From positions 13,082,001 through 13,146,000 of the forward strand of contig CM022667.1 of the NCBI GenBank assembly GCA_012295275.1: DNA of 64,000 bases. The letters run 5' to 3'. Each line of letters begins with the position of its first letter. Within the stretch, counting starts at the first letter, position 1. A program made the translations under genes and the position numbers. This document shows, piece by piece, positions 1-19,045 of the stretch. The notes below the pieces were generated by a model that had not been told where the DNA came from, ran no database searches, and was given only the letters and a program-made list of their open reading frames with translations. The DNA is from Chrysomallon squamiferum (Eukaryota; Animalia; Mollusca).

Positions 1-831
1 AATTGGATTACTGTTAACTAACAGTAGATATTTAATTAATACATATTGTTAGGAATATTTGTAGAAATGAATGGTTAACATATTTACTTACTTTAAGGAT
101 ATATATAAGGTTTAATGTGTAATGAACAGCAGCTAGCTCTGATTAGCACGTTAATTTTTTTCACTTCACACGCAATGAACAGTGAACTAACTCGAAGCAA
201 CCACAATCTATATATAAGTTCAACATCTCCGTAGAATAAGTCATAAATTGAGAATATTGTAGAGTCAAGAAAATAAATATTTGTACGTAAACACTTACAT
301 CACTGTTAAAAAAATCTGAAATAGTACTCTTTGATTACATTAGCGTTTCCTGAAATATATAAAACAAATTGTTCTTCATTAAATATTGATGTGAAACGAA
401 GGCGCGGAAGTTCGTTAATTTCACATTTCAATGAACCCGTATAAACATAAAAAAAAAGATTATAATAGTTATAATAATACAAGTAGAAAATAGAACCGTA
501 ATAATAATAATACAATCAGTCAAAACGTAATAAATGAATTGTCTTTGTTACATAAATTTTATGCACTCGTTATTTCTTGATCTAAACGCTTTGTACATCA
601 ATATCGAATCAGTAAACAGACTTAATTCAGAAACTTTTTTGATTAAGATGAAATGTGTCAGAAATAGTGATGCATTTAATATACATATTTGTTTTTTTTT
701 TTTATAACACTAAAGAAAAATCAAAGACATTTTGGTTTAATCCTTTCGATATTTAATGATAAAATACAATTACAATCTTGAACGAATACATATTCAGATT
801 TGTACATAGAGATATACATACATACATACAC

Positions 832-894
<63 letters not shown>

Positions 895-1476
895 TATATA
901 AAACAAACATACATAGACATTGATATAAACACACAAACAAAATAAATAAACACACTTACATATATATATATATAGACATACTTCATCATCATCATCATCT
1001 TCATCACAGTCATCAAATAGAATAAATAAATAAATAAATAAATAAAAATATAATAAATAAATAATAAACAAATAAATAAATTTACGGACTAGAAAAAATA
1101 AAAAAATACTCAAAACGTTCAGTTTACTTTGCTGTCTAAACTAACGATTCATTACGTTTGTGTTGTGAGCAATAAAAGTTAATGTTTTTTTTTTTTTCTC
1201 TTTCTTGCTCTCTCGCTTTCTGTCATTGGAAAAAACCCATTTGAAAATCATTTCATAGCTTTTTTATGTGTGCATAACTGTGAACAATTACAAAGTAATT
1301 CTAGAGATTGTCAACAAAAATAAATTGATTCCAGATTCTGTCAATGGAAATAGCGTGAAATAAAAAACTTTTTAGAATATGTGAAAGCTGCTGGCTTTTT
1401 ATTTAACAACATCAATAGATTATTATTATTATTATCTGAACGTTCTTTTTAATTTTTTTTATCTTTCAGTTCTTTC

Positions 1477-1586
<110 letters not shown>

Positions 1587-1965
1587 TTACGAGATTTTTC
1601 AAATAACAGTAAATAAAAAATGACATTCAAAACACATCACTGACAACTACTAACATATTTATTGCAAGATAGATTTTAACAATTTCAAATTAGTTTGACA
1701 CGCTTATTAATTAACAGTATATAAGACATCACCGCGTGAATCATTTAATAACTGAAAAAAAAAAGTTACTGTACTATTATACATGTTATTAATCATAGTA
1801 TTTACAAAATAGAACCACAGATTTATTTCATTTTCTTGTAGGTATGTACGTACGTACGTGTGTCTGTGTGTATGTATGTATGTCTGTGTGTGTATGTGTG
1901 TGTATGCATCTACATAATGTAAGTATTTGTGTTTTTACATATGACTATTTATTTATATAAGCACA

Positions 1966-5041
<3,076 letters not shown>

Positions 5042-5118
5042 TTTCCAACAGTTAAACAACTTCTCTTAATTTTTACTGTTTCCTTCAAAATCTGTAATAA
5101 TAATAATAATAAACATAA

Positions 5119-5183
<65 letters not shown>

Positions 5184-5400
5184 AATAATGTTAATGATGA
5201 TGATGAAAATGGTGATTGCCACTATTGCTACAACTACTACTACTACTACTACAACTATTAATACAATCCCTATTACTACTACTACTACTTCTGCATTATC
5301 ATCATCGTTATTATCACAATTAATATACTACTTTTTATTACTATTGTCATTGCTATATTCATTAGTGTTGGTATTTTACTATTACCACCTCAATTATTAT

Positions 5401-5447
<47 letters not shown>

Positions 5448-5958
5448 TTACTACAACCAACACCAGTACTACTTCCAGTACTACCACTACTAAATACTGC
5501 TAATACTAGAACAACCACCACCACTACTATTATTACTACCACTACTATTACTACTGCCATTAATCGCTATAATCTACTACTACATCTACTACTACTACTA
5601 CTACTTTTACTACTACTACTACTTTACAACAGCTACTTCAGCTAACAGTAATACTAACAGCACTAGTTCTACTATTACTAATACAACAAGAATAGCATAA
5701 GAATATTATACAACCTGAGGGTTTTTTTGGTAATATATCGTGAGAAGTTGTTTTTTTTCTCTTTTTTTCACACGTTGACACGGGCCTTGAATCCACCGCT
5801 TTTTCTCTAACTTATTTTAACCGATCTCTGTCAAACAGGTTTTTATTTACACATTCAATAGCAGTATCAGCCTCAGATTACTTTGTCTCTGTTGTGTTTG
5901 CTTTGCTGACTTCTGATGGATATCACCGGAATTTTGTCATATAAAAGTACACGCAAGT

Positions 5959-5992
<34 letters not shown>

Positions 5993-7505
5993 AGAACAAG
6001 AGAAAGAGTAAGTGAAAGACTTAGAGATTAAATCTTGCATTATTGTTTGACGATACTTGATCGCGTATTGTGTCGTCTTCAGGTGAATTCTGTAATGTAT
6101 TCTAAAAATATATGGTTTTCTTTTGTTTTCTTACGTGAGAAAACACACACAATGTCTCTTTAACTATCTACGCGTGCTACTAACCTGTCCATCTGAAATC
6201 TCGTAAGCTAAAAAACACTCTGTCTTTTTTGTAAACTGTTAATCGATGGACTCATATAATATATTTGTTTTCCCACTGCTGGGAATAGATCACGTGACGA
6301 ACACCAAACAGCGAGTTCCCGAGCAGAGAAATTCAATTAATTTAAACATTATACACTGAGACACGAATGCTTTTTTTTCATATTATACGTTTTTTGTTTT
6401 TTTTTCTTCATACAACGGGTTCAATCGATGTAACTGATTTAATTTTCTACAAGTTATCGCTACGTTTGCTACAACTATTGTTATCTCCTCGCCTATTTTT
6501 TTTTTTTATTATTATTTTTTTAAATCTGTGGTTTATACTGTGTCTCCGGTGTAAGAACAAAGACTCTACAAAGTATTATGTATTCTTCTGAGGGATTATT
6601 TTACATCATTCTGAGCGGCTCAGAATTAAGTATGAGAACAGAATGTTACCGCTACAAACCATTTTACACTTTCACAACTGGGATGGTGACGTCATCGCCT
6701 GTATGTACAACAACGGAAGGAATTTTACAGAAAATCGGTCTGCTTGTATCCATTACAGAAAAATTGTGTTTTTACAGTTAATTATTAACTGAGAACAATA
6801 AACAAATAAAAAAAAAAAAAAAAAAAAAAAAACAAACAAACAACAAATAAATACATAAATATTCACGTATGTATGTATAACATTTTTTAGATCATACGGT
6901 TTCTTCAATATTCAAGTAAGTTGAGGAAGACAGTTTAAACTTTAAAATATTATTGTTTTTGACTAAAAATGACATTTCTTGCCACATGTCGCTATTTTTA
7001 TCTTTTAATCTGGTTAATGCTTTCGTCTGCTAATCGATGACTATTCTATTGTCGGACACAATTATCTTTCTTTTTTAATTATTATTATTATTATTATTAT
7101 TTTTTTTTTTTTTTACGATCGCAAGTCATAGATTCGATTAAAAACTCTTATTTTGTTTAGAAAAAGGAAAAAAAAAAACCGAAGAAAAAAGTTATCATGT
7201 TTTCATTAGTAACGAATACAAACAATAATTCGATACTTGTTGCGTAAGGAAAACAAGAATAAATATCAGAAAAACGTCGATGATGAAAACAATAATAGTA
7301 ATTATCATCATCATCTTCATTATCCTCCTTCTCCTCCTCATGGTTATTATTATTATTATTAAAAGAAATTCCATCAGAAAATAACAAAGGTTAAAAGATT
7401 TCATAATAATTTGTTTTAATAATCAAAAAATAAAAAGGATTTAAAATGAATTTTCAATAATAATTTGATTTTAAATTTAAACAAATTAAAATAATAAATA
7501 AAATG

Positions 7506-7563
<58 letters not shown>

Positions 7564-7769
7564 TTATAATAAAATATATATATTAACTATACAAAAATAA
7601 AATTAATAATAAAAATGAGAATTAATAAAAAAAAATAAAATAAATTATAATAAAAAATAAATAATATAATAATAAAAATATAAAATAAAACAAAAAAATT
7701 TTACCATTTTCGTTTTTTTCATTTTTTGGTTTACGCTATCAAACCATCTGAACTCATCGATAAGAAAAT

Positions 7770-8023
7770 TCAGTTGGGTTTTTCACAGAGGTATCCCTTT
7801 TTCTTGTTGCAGCTGAGGTTCCTCCACACACTGTTAGTTATGCGTAGCGTTACGCAGTTTTTCTCAGTGCCAGCGGGAGTCGTGTCCGGGTTTCCCGGTT
7901 TCCACTGACTAAACGTCAGTCCGTTGCCATTTTCCCAGACAAATTTACCTTCAGTGACTATATCCGTCAGTCCAATGTACAGCGGATGAATATCTGGATT
8001 ATAAAAAAAAATAAAAAAAAAAA

Positions 8024-8062
<39 letters not shown>

Positions 8063-8776
8063 AAAAATAATAAAAAAACCGACTCAGAAGTTAGGAAAAA
8101 ATAAGTAAGCTAGTGATGATAAAATAAGTTAGTAATGACAAAGGTAGTAAGTAAATGATAAGTAAGTTGATGTGCCGAGTAGTATGCCGATAAATACGTA
8201 AGTAAATAAATTAATTAGTGATATTACTAACACAACTACTATCACACATCAACATAAAGTCCCTAGATGTTATACAAAAAAAAGTGTATCTACTTCACCA
8301 GGCGGAAAACCTGTCAATCGAGTTCAGGGCACTTACCATCTTTTTCTTTGACGTAATTAAACACGGCGATGTGCTTCTCGTACGTGTCCAGGACGATCAG
8401 CCTTGAACCCAGCTGTCTGCAGTGGTTGTGAGCCTCTAGCCACGTGACTTTGTTGTCGATGAAAACTTTGAAACACAACTGAAGATGTCTGAAGTACACA
8501 AATCCTTCATCTTCCGGGCAGGGACCTGAAAATTGAGAAGGTATTAGTTTGACTATATATACATAAATGGATACGTGATGCATCTCTATGTGTTTTTCTT
8601 CTTGTTTTTCTATATATATTTATCTATGTCTCTGTCAGTATATATGAATATTCGAATGACTATACATATATATATATGTATGTATGTACGTGTGTGTGTA
8701 TGTATGTACATATATATGTGTGTGTGTTTATTTCTGTATGTATTTATATAAGTACATGTATATGTTTGTGCGTATT

Positions 8777-8830
<54 letters not shown>

Positions 8831-9438
8831 GTGTGTGTAATAATTATACCAGAAAATAAATAATAATAATGAGATCCAGGTGAAGGGAGAGAACTCATGT
8901 TGTTCAAAAGCATCGCTGGATACAGGAGACATTCGTGATTAACGTCATAGGAAAACGATTTGCATTTTGGATGACGTGCACACAGCCTTCCGCAATTCAC
9001 AGCATTTGTGACGTCACTGGTGGTAGATATGACGTCATCAGTGATTGTGACGTCATCAAAAGCACTATCTTTAATCCAAATGTAGTGATTAATTTCACTG
9101 AAACATTAAAAGCAGATAAATATGATTACAAATACAAATGAATTGTAAAATCGTTATTTTAAAATGATCTGCATCCATAATAATATTAAATGTTTTCATA
9201 GCTCGATTTAAATACAACTGTGCAGTCATAACATTACAATATTACAATATTAACTGAAAACCAAACCGACAAAGAGGCAATCACATAGATAAATAGATGT
9301 ACAGACTGATAAATATAGATGAATAACAAATAAATATTACAATTATATTTTTTGTGTATGTATACATAAACAAAAATAATTTGTGTACAAATAGATAATA
9401 AATATACTACCAAATATAAGTAATAATAACAACAGAAC

Positions 9439-9498
<60 letters not shown>

Positions 9499-9799
9499 TA
9501 ATAAACACATATACACACACCAACCCCCCCCAAAAAAACCCCCAAAACAACAACAATAACAACAATAAACAAATGAACAAAAGAATAAACAATGAATTAA
9601 ATTCGCAAACAAAGAAATTCCAGATAAGGACAATAGTAAATGAAACAAAAATATAATGTAGCGGATCATTTACCAGAACTCAGACGTTCTGTATTCTTAA
9701 TTTTGTTTTGTTTTAGAAGAAGCTATACTAATATTAACATATACACACATACCTGACTGTCGAGTAAACACAGAAAAACAGACTTAACTCTCGAATCAT
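7770..9799 (-). CDS. Gene B: secreted PAN/Apple + C-type lectin protein (4 coding exons, ~235 aa)
   Basis: Exons 9799-9753 (MIRELSLFFCVYSTVS), 9097-8850 (PAN: CGRLCARHPKCKSFSY..C), 8525-8337 (CPEDEGF..CFK..WLEAHNHCRQLGSRL), 7993-7770 (YIGLTDIVTEGKFVWENG..WKPGNPD..NCV..WRN..C..YLCEK, TGA). GT-AG, phases 2,1,1; 708 nt. Confidence 0.9.
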
Positions 9800-10659
9800 C
9801 TTGTTCGTCTTCAGCACTGCATTGTTAAAACCGTAAAAGACTGTTTGAAATTTGCGACGCGCGCGTCTGCTTGTTATCTCTGGTACACATCAGCAATTAA
9901 TTAATTTAGGAACTTAAATAAAATATATATATAATTTTCATTATTGTCACCGGGCATATCTAACGGAAACGAATCACAATTACAAATTTCTGTACCCAGG
10001 TAAAACACGCACACATGTCAATAGTTCATTCATTTTTCAGAGGAAGATGTTTTGTTCCCGAGAACAATAGAAAAAGATTAAAAAAGCTTGATCACAGAAC
10101 GTTTTCATAACAGCATATTGATAAGGTTTTCGTGTACATATTATTTATGCTACATTAAGAAAAGCTTGGCGATGAACTGTAACAAATTATTAATTAATTA
10201 AAATATTGTTAATCGAGTGTCTATTATTATTATTGTCGTTGTTGTTTTTGTTTTCATTGCCATTGCTGTCCTTGTTATTATTAGTTACTGTCATTATAGC
10301 TCTTATTATTATTAGTTACTATCATTATTGTTATCGTTATTATTGTTGTTGTTTTTATTATGGGTTCTAAGAAGATGAAAATGAAAGGCACTGAGAGATA
10401 ATAATTTAGAAATACACACAACTGTCCACAAGTATATACACGTATTATATATATATACAGTGAATTATACTGATAAATGTACAGACACTCTAGTACTACA
10501 TAGACATATAAATACGTAAATTTGCATAGACGTTAATATGTGATGATAGAAAGATACATCCTCTTAGATATGCTAGACATACATGTCACTAATTTCACGC
10601 GAAATCTCAAAATTTGAATAATAAATCTTATATGTACAACTAATAATTATATAACAAGC

Positions 10660-10762
<103 letters not shown>

Positions 10763-11538
10763 CCTACATACACACACACATATATACAACATAATTATGT
10801 AATAACAACAACATCAATATAACTATGGCCTTCAAAACTCTATTTGTCCTGACTATAATTGGTCACAAAACATGGAAGAATAATATATTTAGGGCTGTTT
10901 CAAATTATTAAATTCCAAAGGACATTGACACAATGGACTTATTCAGTGTGTCGATAACTTTTCTTTATGTTTTTTTTTTTTTTTCAAAGCTAATAATTAC
11001 TGATTATGTGCAGTCACGAATCTTTTGATGAAACTTTCTGATTTAAATGGATTTCTTTTCGTAAACTGCGGACATTAAAAATGGAAGGATGGATGTTTTT
11101 GTGATGTCTTTTATTTTGTCACTGTTTTGTTGTTGTTGTCATTAATCTTCATACTGTCGTAATAATGATAACAGTAATAAAAGGATAATGAAGATAAAGT
11201 TAATTATGAGGATGATGATGATGGTGGTGAAGACGACGATCTGTAATAGTGAAATAAAAAAATAAAAAAATAAATTAATATATTAATAAATAAACGAAAA
11301 TAAAACAGAAGTATAAGAAGAGAAAAACAAAAATAACGAAAATAATGGCTAAAAACAACAACTACAACTACAACAACAATAATAATAATAACAAAATCAC
11401 GTTAATAATAACACCAACAATAATAATAAAACTAATATTAACAATAATCATAGTAGGTTTGACAGTGAGAATAACAATATCAAAAATAATAATAATAACA
11501 ACTACAGTAATAACAATAGCAAAAATGACAAATAAGTA

Positions 11539-11615
<77 letters not shown>

Positions 11616-12162
11616 TACAACAAATAACAACAACAACAAAACAACAAAATCATAATAACAAAAGAACCACCAACAACAGCAAAAACGTAATAACAGTGTC
11701 AGTGACAGGACTAAAAAGAAACCAGTAATGAAAAAGAAAACATGTTGAAATGGCTAACAAAAGAAAACACACCACGATTAGTTCACTGACATTCAATGTA
11801 TTCTAATGAGATTTTCTTCATACATTTTCCTTTGATATGTCCATCAATATATCTCCTCTTTCTTGTTCATTTCCACTTTATTTATAACACAATCAGTAGA
11901 AGCCTATATATCAAGGACAATTTATAAAACGTTCAGGGTTGTTTTTTGTGGGTATTAATTTTTCTTTTTTATAATAATAAATATAATCCTAATTATTTAA
12001 CTGAAATATTTTTTTCTTTTGAAAATCAGTTCCGTCATAAAAGCTGTTTGTAAATCGGATATGAAAATCTGAGTCTGATGGCGATATACGTCATTGCTTC
12101 TTTTTCTTTTTTTAATATTGCAGATTTGAGTTTTAGTTTAGGAAATTATATTTGTTTGCAGC

Positions 12163-12465
12163 ATGTTGAAAATTCGTGTTGTTACTGTTGTGCTGGTTGC
12201 AGTTGTGTTATTAGTTTCATCGGAAGATAGGTATGTATTTAATTCAGTTTATTATTATTTATTATTATTTATTTTATTATAGATATTTTTATTATTACTA
12301 TTTTGTTTTATTGTTATTATTATTTTACTTTTTTTTTTTTACGAAACATAGAATATATGAAAGATCAAGTGACGTTTTAGTGTCTTAATTATACATATCA
12401 GTTTTTTATATATATTCAAAAATACAGAGTAAAACACCATCTTAATAAGATATATTTATAGATAC

Positions 12466-12548
<83 letters not shown>

Positions 12549-12672
12549 TATTATTATTATTATTATTATCATTATTAGTAGTAGTATTGTGACAAGGATG
12601 ATTTAACTTCGATAAATTACTTTTTATTTACATACATATTACAAGTTTACTTCTTTAGTGTTTACCTGTTGG

Positions 12673-12725
<53 letters not shown>

Positions 12726-13164
12726 AGAGACACGCACGCAAACACACACCCATACAGACTGCCTCACCCTCACACTATCATTACTTTGCTTAATTTCAGT
12801 AACAACCTCAAAGACTTCATCTGGGTCCGTAATTCCTACTTTGATGACGTCACAATCACTGATGACGTCATCGAATATATCAGTGACGTCAGAAACAAGC
12901 TGAATTGTGGGATGGAATGTTCCAAGAATCCAGAATGCAAATCTTTCACTTACGCCACTTTTAGTGGCGTCTGTCGTCTGCATTTTACTATATTTGACAC
13001 GACTGCTCAGTATTTCAGCTCCATCGGCTCTCGTTATTACTCGCTAAAGTTGGCCGTGATAGGTAATTTATACACCAGAGAGACAGGTAGATCGATATAC
13101 ATACTCAGATAGAAAAATAATTTAATAAATAACTTTCTGTTTTGGCTATATTTATCGCGTTTTG

Positions 13165-13230
<66 letters not shown>

Positions 13231-13411
13231 CATCATTATCATTATCATTATTTAGTCTTCTTTTGTGCAGTTATTATTCGGAGGTGCATATTTTGTTGTG
13301 AATTCTGCAGTTCATTTCGTTGTAGCGTCTATTTTGTTTGTGTGTGCATGTGTTTATATGTGTTTATATGGATGGTTTTATTTTTCATATGCATTTTCTT
13401 TATTATTATTA

Positions 13412-13449
<38 letters not shown>

Positions 13450-14517
13450 CTAAGTATTTTATCTCATTCATTTTACACTGTACAGTGAGGTGTATGTTGT
13501 ACATTATATGACGAGACATCGTTTCTGTAACTCTTTAAACAATTCTAATTACAGAAGCCTGTCCGGTTAAAGACAACTACATTTTGCTCCAGGAAGCAAA
13601 ACTCTGCTTCAAAATCATCGGAACACACAAAATGTGGAACGATGCACGTGATCTCTGCAGCCAATCAGGTTCCAGATTGATTGTCCTGGACACGAAAGAG
13701 AAAAATGACGCAATTGAAGATTATCTGAAACAAGTGAATGGTCAGTCGATTAAGTATTATGCTTTTAACTACCTTTAAATATTTGTAGTAGTAGCTGTAG
13801 TAGCGATAGTAGTAGTAGTAGTAAGTAGTAGAAGTAGTAGTAGTAGTAGCATCAATACTACTAATAATAGTAGCAGTAGCAATAGTAGCAGTAGTAATGG
13901 TAGCAATAGTAATAGTACTATTGTACTAGTAGTAGTAGTAGTAATAGCTGTGGTAGTCTTAGTAGTTTTCATAGTAGTAATAGTAGTATTCATAGCAGTA
14001 GTAGTAGTGGTGGTATTAGTAATAGTAGTAGTAGCAGTATTATCTGCAATAATAACTGTCATGACAAAAACAACAGTAATGACGATAATGATAATAGTGC
14101 TGAAAAAATAATCAACCAAACAAAAATATTTAACAGATGTAAAACCTACAGAAATATAATATTTGTTAAAAAGTCTGGAAGGGAAAATAGTTAAATGTGT
14201 TCAGTGACAAAGAATGATGATCTGAAAAAAAGAAGAAAAACGTGTTCCAAGAATTTGCTATAGAATTTTATTTATTTATTTATTTATTTATTTATTCATC
14301 TGCAGATGATCTCTTTTACTACATTGGTTTATCTGATGAAGTAACTGAAGGTGTGTTTGTGTGGACAAACGGACAAACTGTAGATTTCGTCCACTGGACG
14401 AAGGGACGGGAAAACACGGACGATCAAGACTGCGTGGTACTACATGGTACAAAACGTACCTGGTCCACGGACGAGTGTAACAATTACCACAGGTTCATTT
14501 GTGAAAAAGAAATCTGA
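12163..14517 (+). CDS. Gene C: secreted PAN/Apple + C-type lectin protein (4 coding exons, ~242 aa)
   Basis: Exons 12163-12230 (MLKIRVVTVVLVAVVLLVSS), 12800-13062 (PAN, shares DVRNKLNCGMECSKNP with gene A), 13555-13740, 14306-14517 (YYIGLSDEVTEGVFVWTNG..DCVVL..W..C..FICEK, TGA). GT-AG, phases 2,1,1; 729 nt. Confidence 0.92.
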
Positions 14518-15191
14518 AGTTTGTGGATTTTTAAATTACCAGAGGTTACCTTCAAGAAGAAGAAGAAGAAGAAGAAGAAAAAGTTGTAGTAGAAAAAAAA
14601 AAAAAAAAATTGACGTGTTTGGACATTACCAAATAAATATTTGTGAAAAATAAATTTGACGAATTTAGTGTTTGTAATCTACATATTTGTCAAAACTATA
14701 AATTACATATTTAAAATTGATATACAGAATACAAACAAAGAACCGCAGGTGCTCAATGGTTTATTAACCAGGCAAATTAAATTATTTATCTGTTTCGTGT
14801 AACGTTCTAAATTTACTTTTTATATGATATGAATATATACAGATTTGTTGTTCATTGCTTTTTGAAGCTATTAAATTAAACATTTGATGCGGGTGGTCTG
14901 AAAATAGGCTTTAAAAAACATTAGCGGAGAGTATGGGAAATAGATAAAGCTGAGGTGTCGATATATGCTTACAAAAACTGGCACGAACAGTGTGATGAAA
15001 TTGGCATATTTTACTTTTGTTTTCTTGTGATGTGACACCATGAAATAAATATAAATAAATTTAAATAATAAATAAATAAATATATATATATATATATAAT
15101 AAATAAAATAAATAAATATATATAAAATAAAAGAAATAAATATAAATAAATAAATAAATATATATAAAATAAAGAAATAAATATAAATAAA

Positions 15192-15268
<77 letters not shown>

Positions 15269-15589
15269 CTATGTATTTCTTTTCTGTTCTTTTTTTGAGA
15301 TTTATAAATACCTGATTAATATAGCTCTTCTGTTTTGAGGTTAAAGTGCATTTTATAAAGATTTTTGTTTTAAAAATTTATAGGACTTAACAATAAGATT
15401 TATAGTTGGGTTTTTTTGTGATGCGGATGGATTAGATGCGTTACAAATATTTGTAGAAGAGAGTTACAAATGTGTTAAATTAATACATAATGCGTTATTT
15501 CTGTAAGGTCTTTGCATATTTTATAATAATAGAAATATATTTCTGGGACACATGTGTCTATGATACTCTTATTTGTACAAATGATTATA

Positions 15590-15868
15590 CAGTCGAACCT
15601 TGACTTACGAGTTTAATTCGTTCCGTGGCAGAGCTCGTAAGTCAAATTTGTTCGTATATTAAATCAATTTTCCCAAATGGAATTAATTGAAATACCATTA
15701 ATCCGTTCCTTCCCCAAAAGCCAATCCCAATTTTGGCTGGAATTACAGCTTCTATCGACTCCTGCTTCAGTGTGACTACCCTGAAGCTAGCTCGTAACTT
15801 GGATTTTGGCTCGCAACTCAAAGCAAAAAATTCATAAGTTGGAGAACTCGTAATTGGAGGTATCACTG
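15590..15868 (-). mobile_element. Non-autonomous Tigger/pogo (Tc1-mariner superfamily) DNA transposon, 279-bp internal deletion derivative
   Basis: Imperfect TIRs CAGTCGAACCTTGACTTACGAGT ... ACTCGTAATTGGAGGTATCACTG, TA on both sides; left ~120 bp match the reverse complement of 55740-55859; short transposase relic LKQESIEAVIPAK on the minus strand. Confidence 0.8.
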
Positions 15869-16175
15869 TAAATGTATCAAGTTATACGTCATGAGTTATA
15901 TCTGTACACTTTTAAATTATGGAGACACATTCGACTATGAAATTCAGATTTGTAGAAAACGTCATAAATGTGTAAAATTATGCGTCATGAATTGTTTCTG
16001 TATGCTTTTAAATATTATGAACTCGTAACTCGAGGTATCACTGTAAATGTATTAAGTTATACGTCATGAGTTATTTCTGTATACTTTTAAATTATGGAGA
16101 CACATTCGTCTACGATACTCAGATATGTAGAAAAGATTATAAATGTATTAAATTATACGTCATGAGTTATTTCTG
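15846..16175. repeat. ~175-bp tandem duplication that includes the transposon right end and its flank
   Basis: actcgtaa..gaggtatcactgtaaatgtat.aagttatacgtcatgagtta..aaattatggagacacattcg occurs at 15846 and again at 16021. Confidence 0.8.
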
Positions 16176-16502
16176 AAAGGTCGATATATACTCCATATTC
16201 GTCTGTGATTCGCTGATAATGAGCGAACATTGTGGTAACGTCAGATCGTTGAATGACTTAACAGATAAAGTGTTAAAGATTTGTCATTGTGTTTATTAGT
16301 ATTAAGAAAATGTTAATTGCAGAAAAATTATGAAACTGATGTTGATGATAATGTTGATTATAATTATGATGATAATACAACAGTAATGATAAAAATGATG
16401 ATGATGATGATGATAAATAAATAAGTAACGATAATGGTGATGACAATGATAACGATAAGGTGATCACCAACACAAATTACCATAGAAACACAAGTGTAAC
16501 AC

Positions 16503-16562
<60 letters not shown>

Positions 16563-16714
16563 TAGGTAATAATAACAACAACAACAACAACAACAACAAA
16601 CAAGAATAATAACGACAAGCAAAAGAAAATAAATTTACATATTTACTACAAGTTAAATTTTCTTAATAAAATATCATTATTTAATTTTATTTTTTTATAT
16701 TTTTTTCACTTTAG

Positions 16715-18113
16715 TTAAGTTTTCATTTCCGTAACTGTATTTTCTGAAATACCTTCTTTGCTTTTACTTTTCGCTATTTTTTCTAAATTAGGCTTTCGAA
16801 TTTCCTTCAAGTTTTTCTTTAACGTTACGGTGGACGTTGCTAAGCAATTTCCGAATTCATTCACCCGTTTCCTATATGTATCCGTGGACGCTGCAAAACG
16901 ACCTTGAAAATCACTGAAGCGTTTACGATATGGTTCTGTTGACGTTGCGACGCGATTCCGAAAATCACTGATGTGTTGTCTGTAAGGTTCATAGGAGATT
17001 CCTAGTCTGCTGCTAATGTTGGTCACGTGTTTCCGGCACGTGAGCGACGACTCCTTAATACGTTCGCGCATTATCGCCATGTGTTTCTGGTAGTCCTCGT
17101 GCAGACTTACTCCTTGTTTACTGAGCTGCTGTTTTCTGTTTATTGCAAACACACACACACACACACAAATAATAAGAATAATAAATACATAAATAAATAA
17201 ATAAAATAAAAATAAGAAATAAACAAGTAATAGTAGTAGCAGTAGTAGAAGTGTTATTATTATTATTATTATTATTATCATCATCATCATCATCATCATC
17301 ATCATTATTTTTGTTATTGTTATTATTATTATTGTTATTATTGTTGCTGCTATTATTATTATTATTATTATTATTATTCGTAGGAGTACTGGAAAGTTTT
17401 GGTGATGGGATTTGTAACATTAGCAGTTGTAGTTGTGGTAGCAGTAACAACAGGAAGAGAAGTAAATTTAATAGTCATCATCATTATATATATATTTATT
17501 GATTATTGTTGTCGTTGCCCTTCCTAGATGCACCAGTAGCAATAGTAATACTAGTAATAGTAACAGTAGTAATAAAAAGTAGCAGCTATAGCAGTAATAG
17601 TTGCACTAGGAATGGTAATAGATTAGTAGTAGTTGTCGTTGTTGTTGTTGTTGTAGCAGTAGCAGTAATGGCTGTTGTGTCAAACTGCCTGTTAAGGTAG
17701 TGTATTAAAGTTACCTGTACACTATTAAGCTGACTACCGATGTAGCGATTACAGATAAAACGACAAGCGGCACTTTGGCAGACATAGCACTTTCTGAGGT
17801 TTCTGTTTTAACGAAATAAATAAATAAATAAATCAGTAAATAAATAAGTAAATAAGTAACTAAGTTAGTATGTAAGTAAATAGAAAAGTAAATAAATAAA
17901 TAAACGAAAAGGAAAGAGAAGGAGAGAAAGAAAAATAATAGAAACAAGAAGAAGAAGAAGAACTACAACAACAACGACAAAAGTAATGAAAATAATAAGA
18001 CAATCACAATAACAAAAACAACAGCAATAATAACGAAGTAGCAATGACAACAAAAATGTTAAAAAAAATAATGACAGCAACAATAACAACAACAATAATA
18101 GTAATATTAATAA

Positions 18114-18161
<48 letters not shown>

Positions 18162-18922
18162 AATATAAGAAGAAGAAGAAGAGAAGAATATCTTCACTGA
18201 AATAGCTGCATGTTGCGTTGCCACTTCCACAGGTTTTAATCATTACTCTTCTCGAACTGCCAGGGCAGTACTTTCCACCGAAACCCGTGGGTGGCTTGTT
18301 GCATACACGTATTTCAGTTGTTTGGTATCTGCCACAGGAAGAACTGCAGTTTTCTTTTCTCGCGACAAACCACACACTCCAGCCACCATTAACTTCAGGG
18401 GAGTAAAGAAACAGAAAAATTATATTATTTTAAAATCTTGATTATCAAATATGTGTTTGAGACTAAGAACAGGTATGACTTTATTACCGTCATTTTCATG
18501 ACATCATGATTAATGTCAGCGTCGTGATTGCTGTATCACTGTCACGATCATTGTCATCATCATAACATCATCATCATCATTATAACAGCATTATCTTCAC
18601 AATTACCATCATATATTTTTTTATTAATAGCATCATCATTACCATCATAATAATCCTTAACTCGCGATCGTCTTCATCATTATCATTGTAGTGTATATAG
18701 AAGTGTGATGTATTTATCTTTGTTTAGATATTCTGATGATCGCATTAAATATGTGACCAATCAGAAAGGAGTTCATGATCATGTGATTCGATACAATCAA
18801 TCTTCAGTACATATAGTAAGAAAGGGTAGGTTTTGACGATGAAACAAAATAATCAGGAACTAAAACAAAATTATTGTTTCCGAACACATGTCTGCAGCAG
18901 TTTTTAATATAGTTAATACCAT

Positions 18923-18975
<53 letters not shown>

Positions 18976-18996
18976 TTATTATTATTATTATTGTTA

Positions 18997-19045
<49 letters not shown>

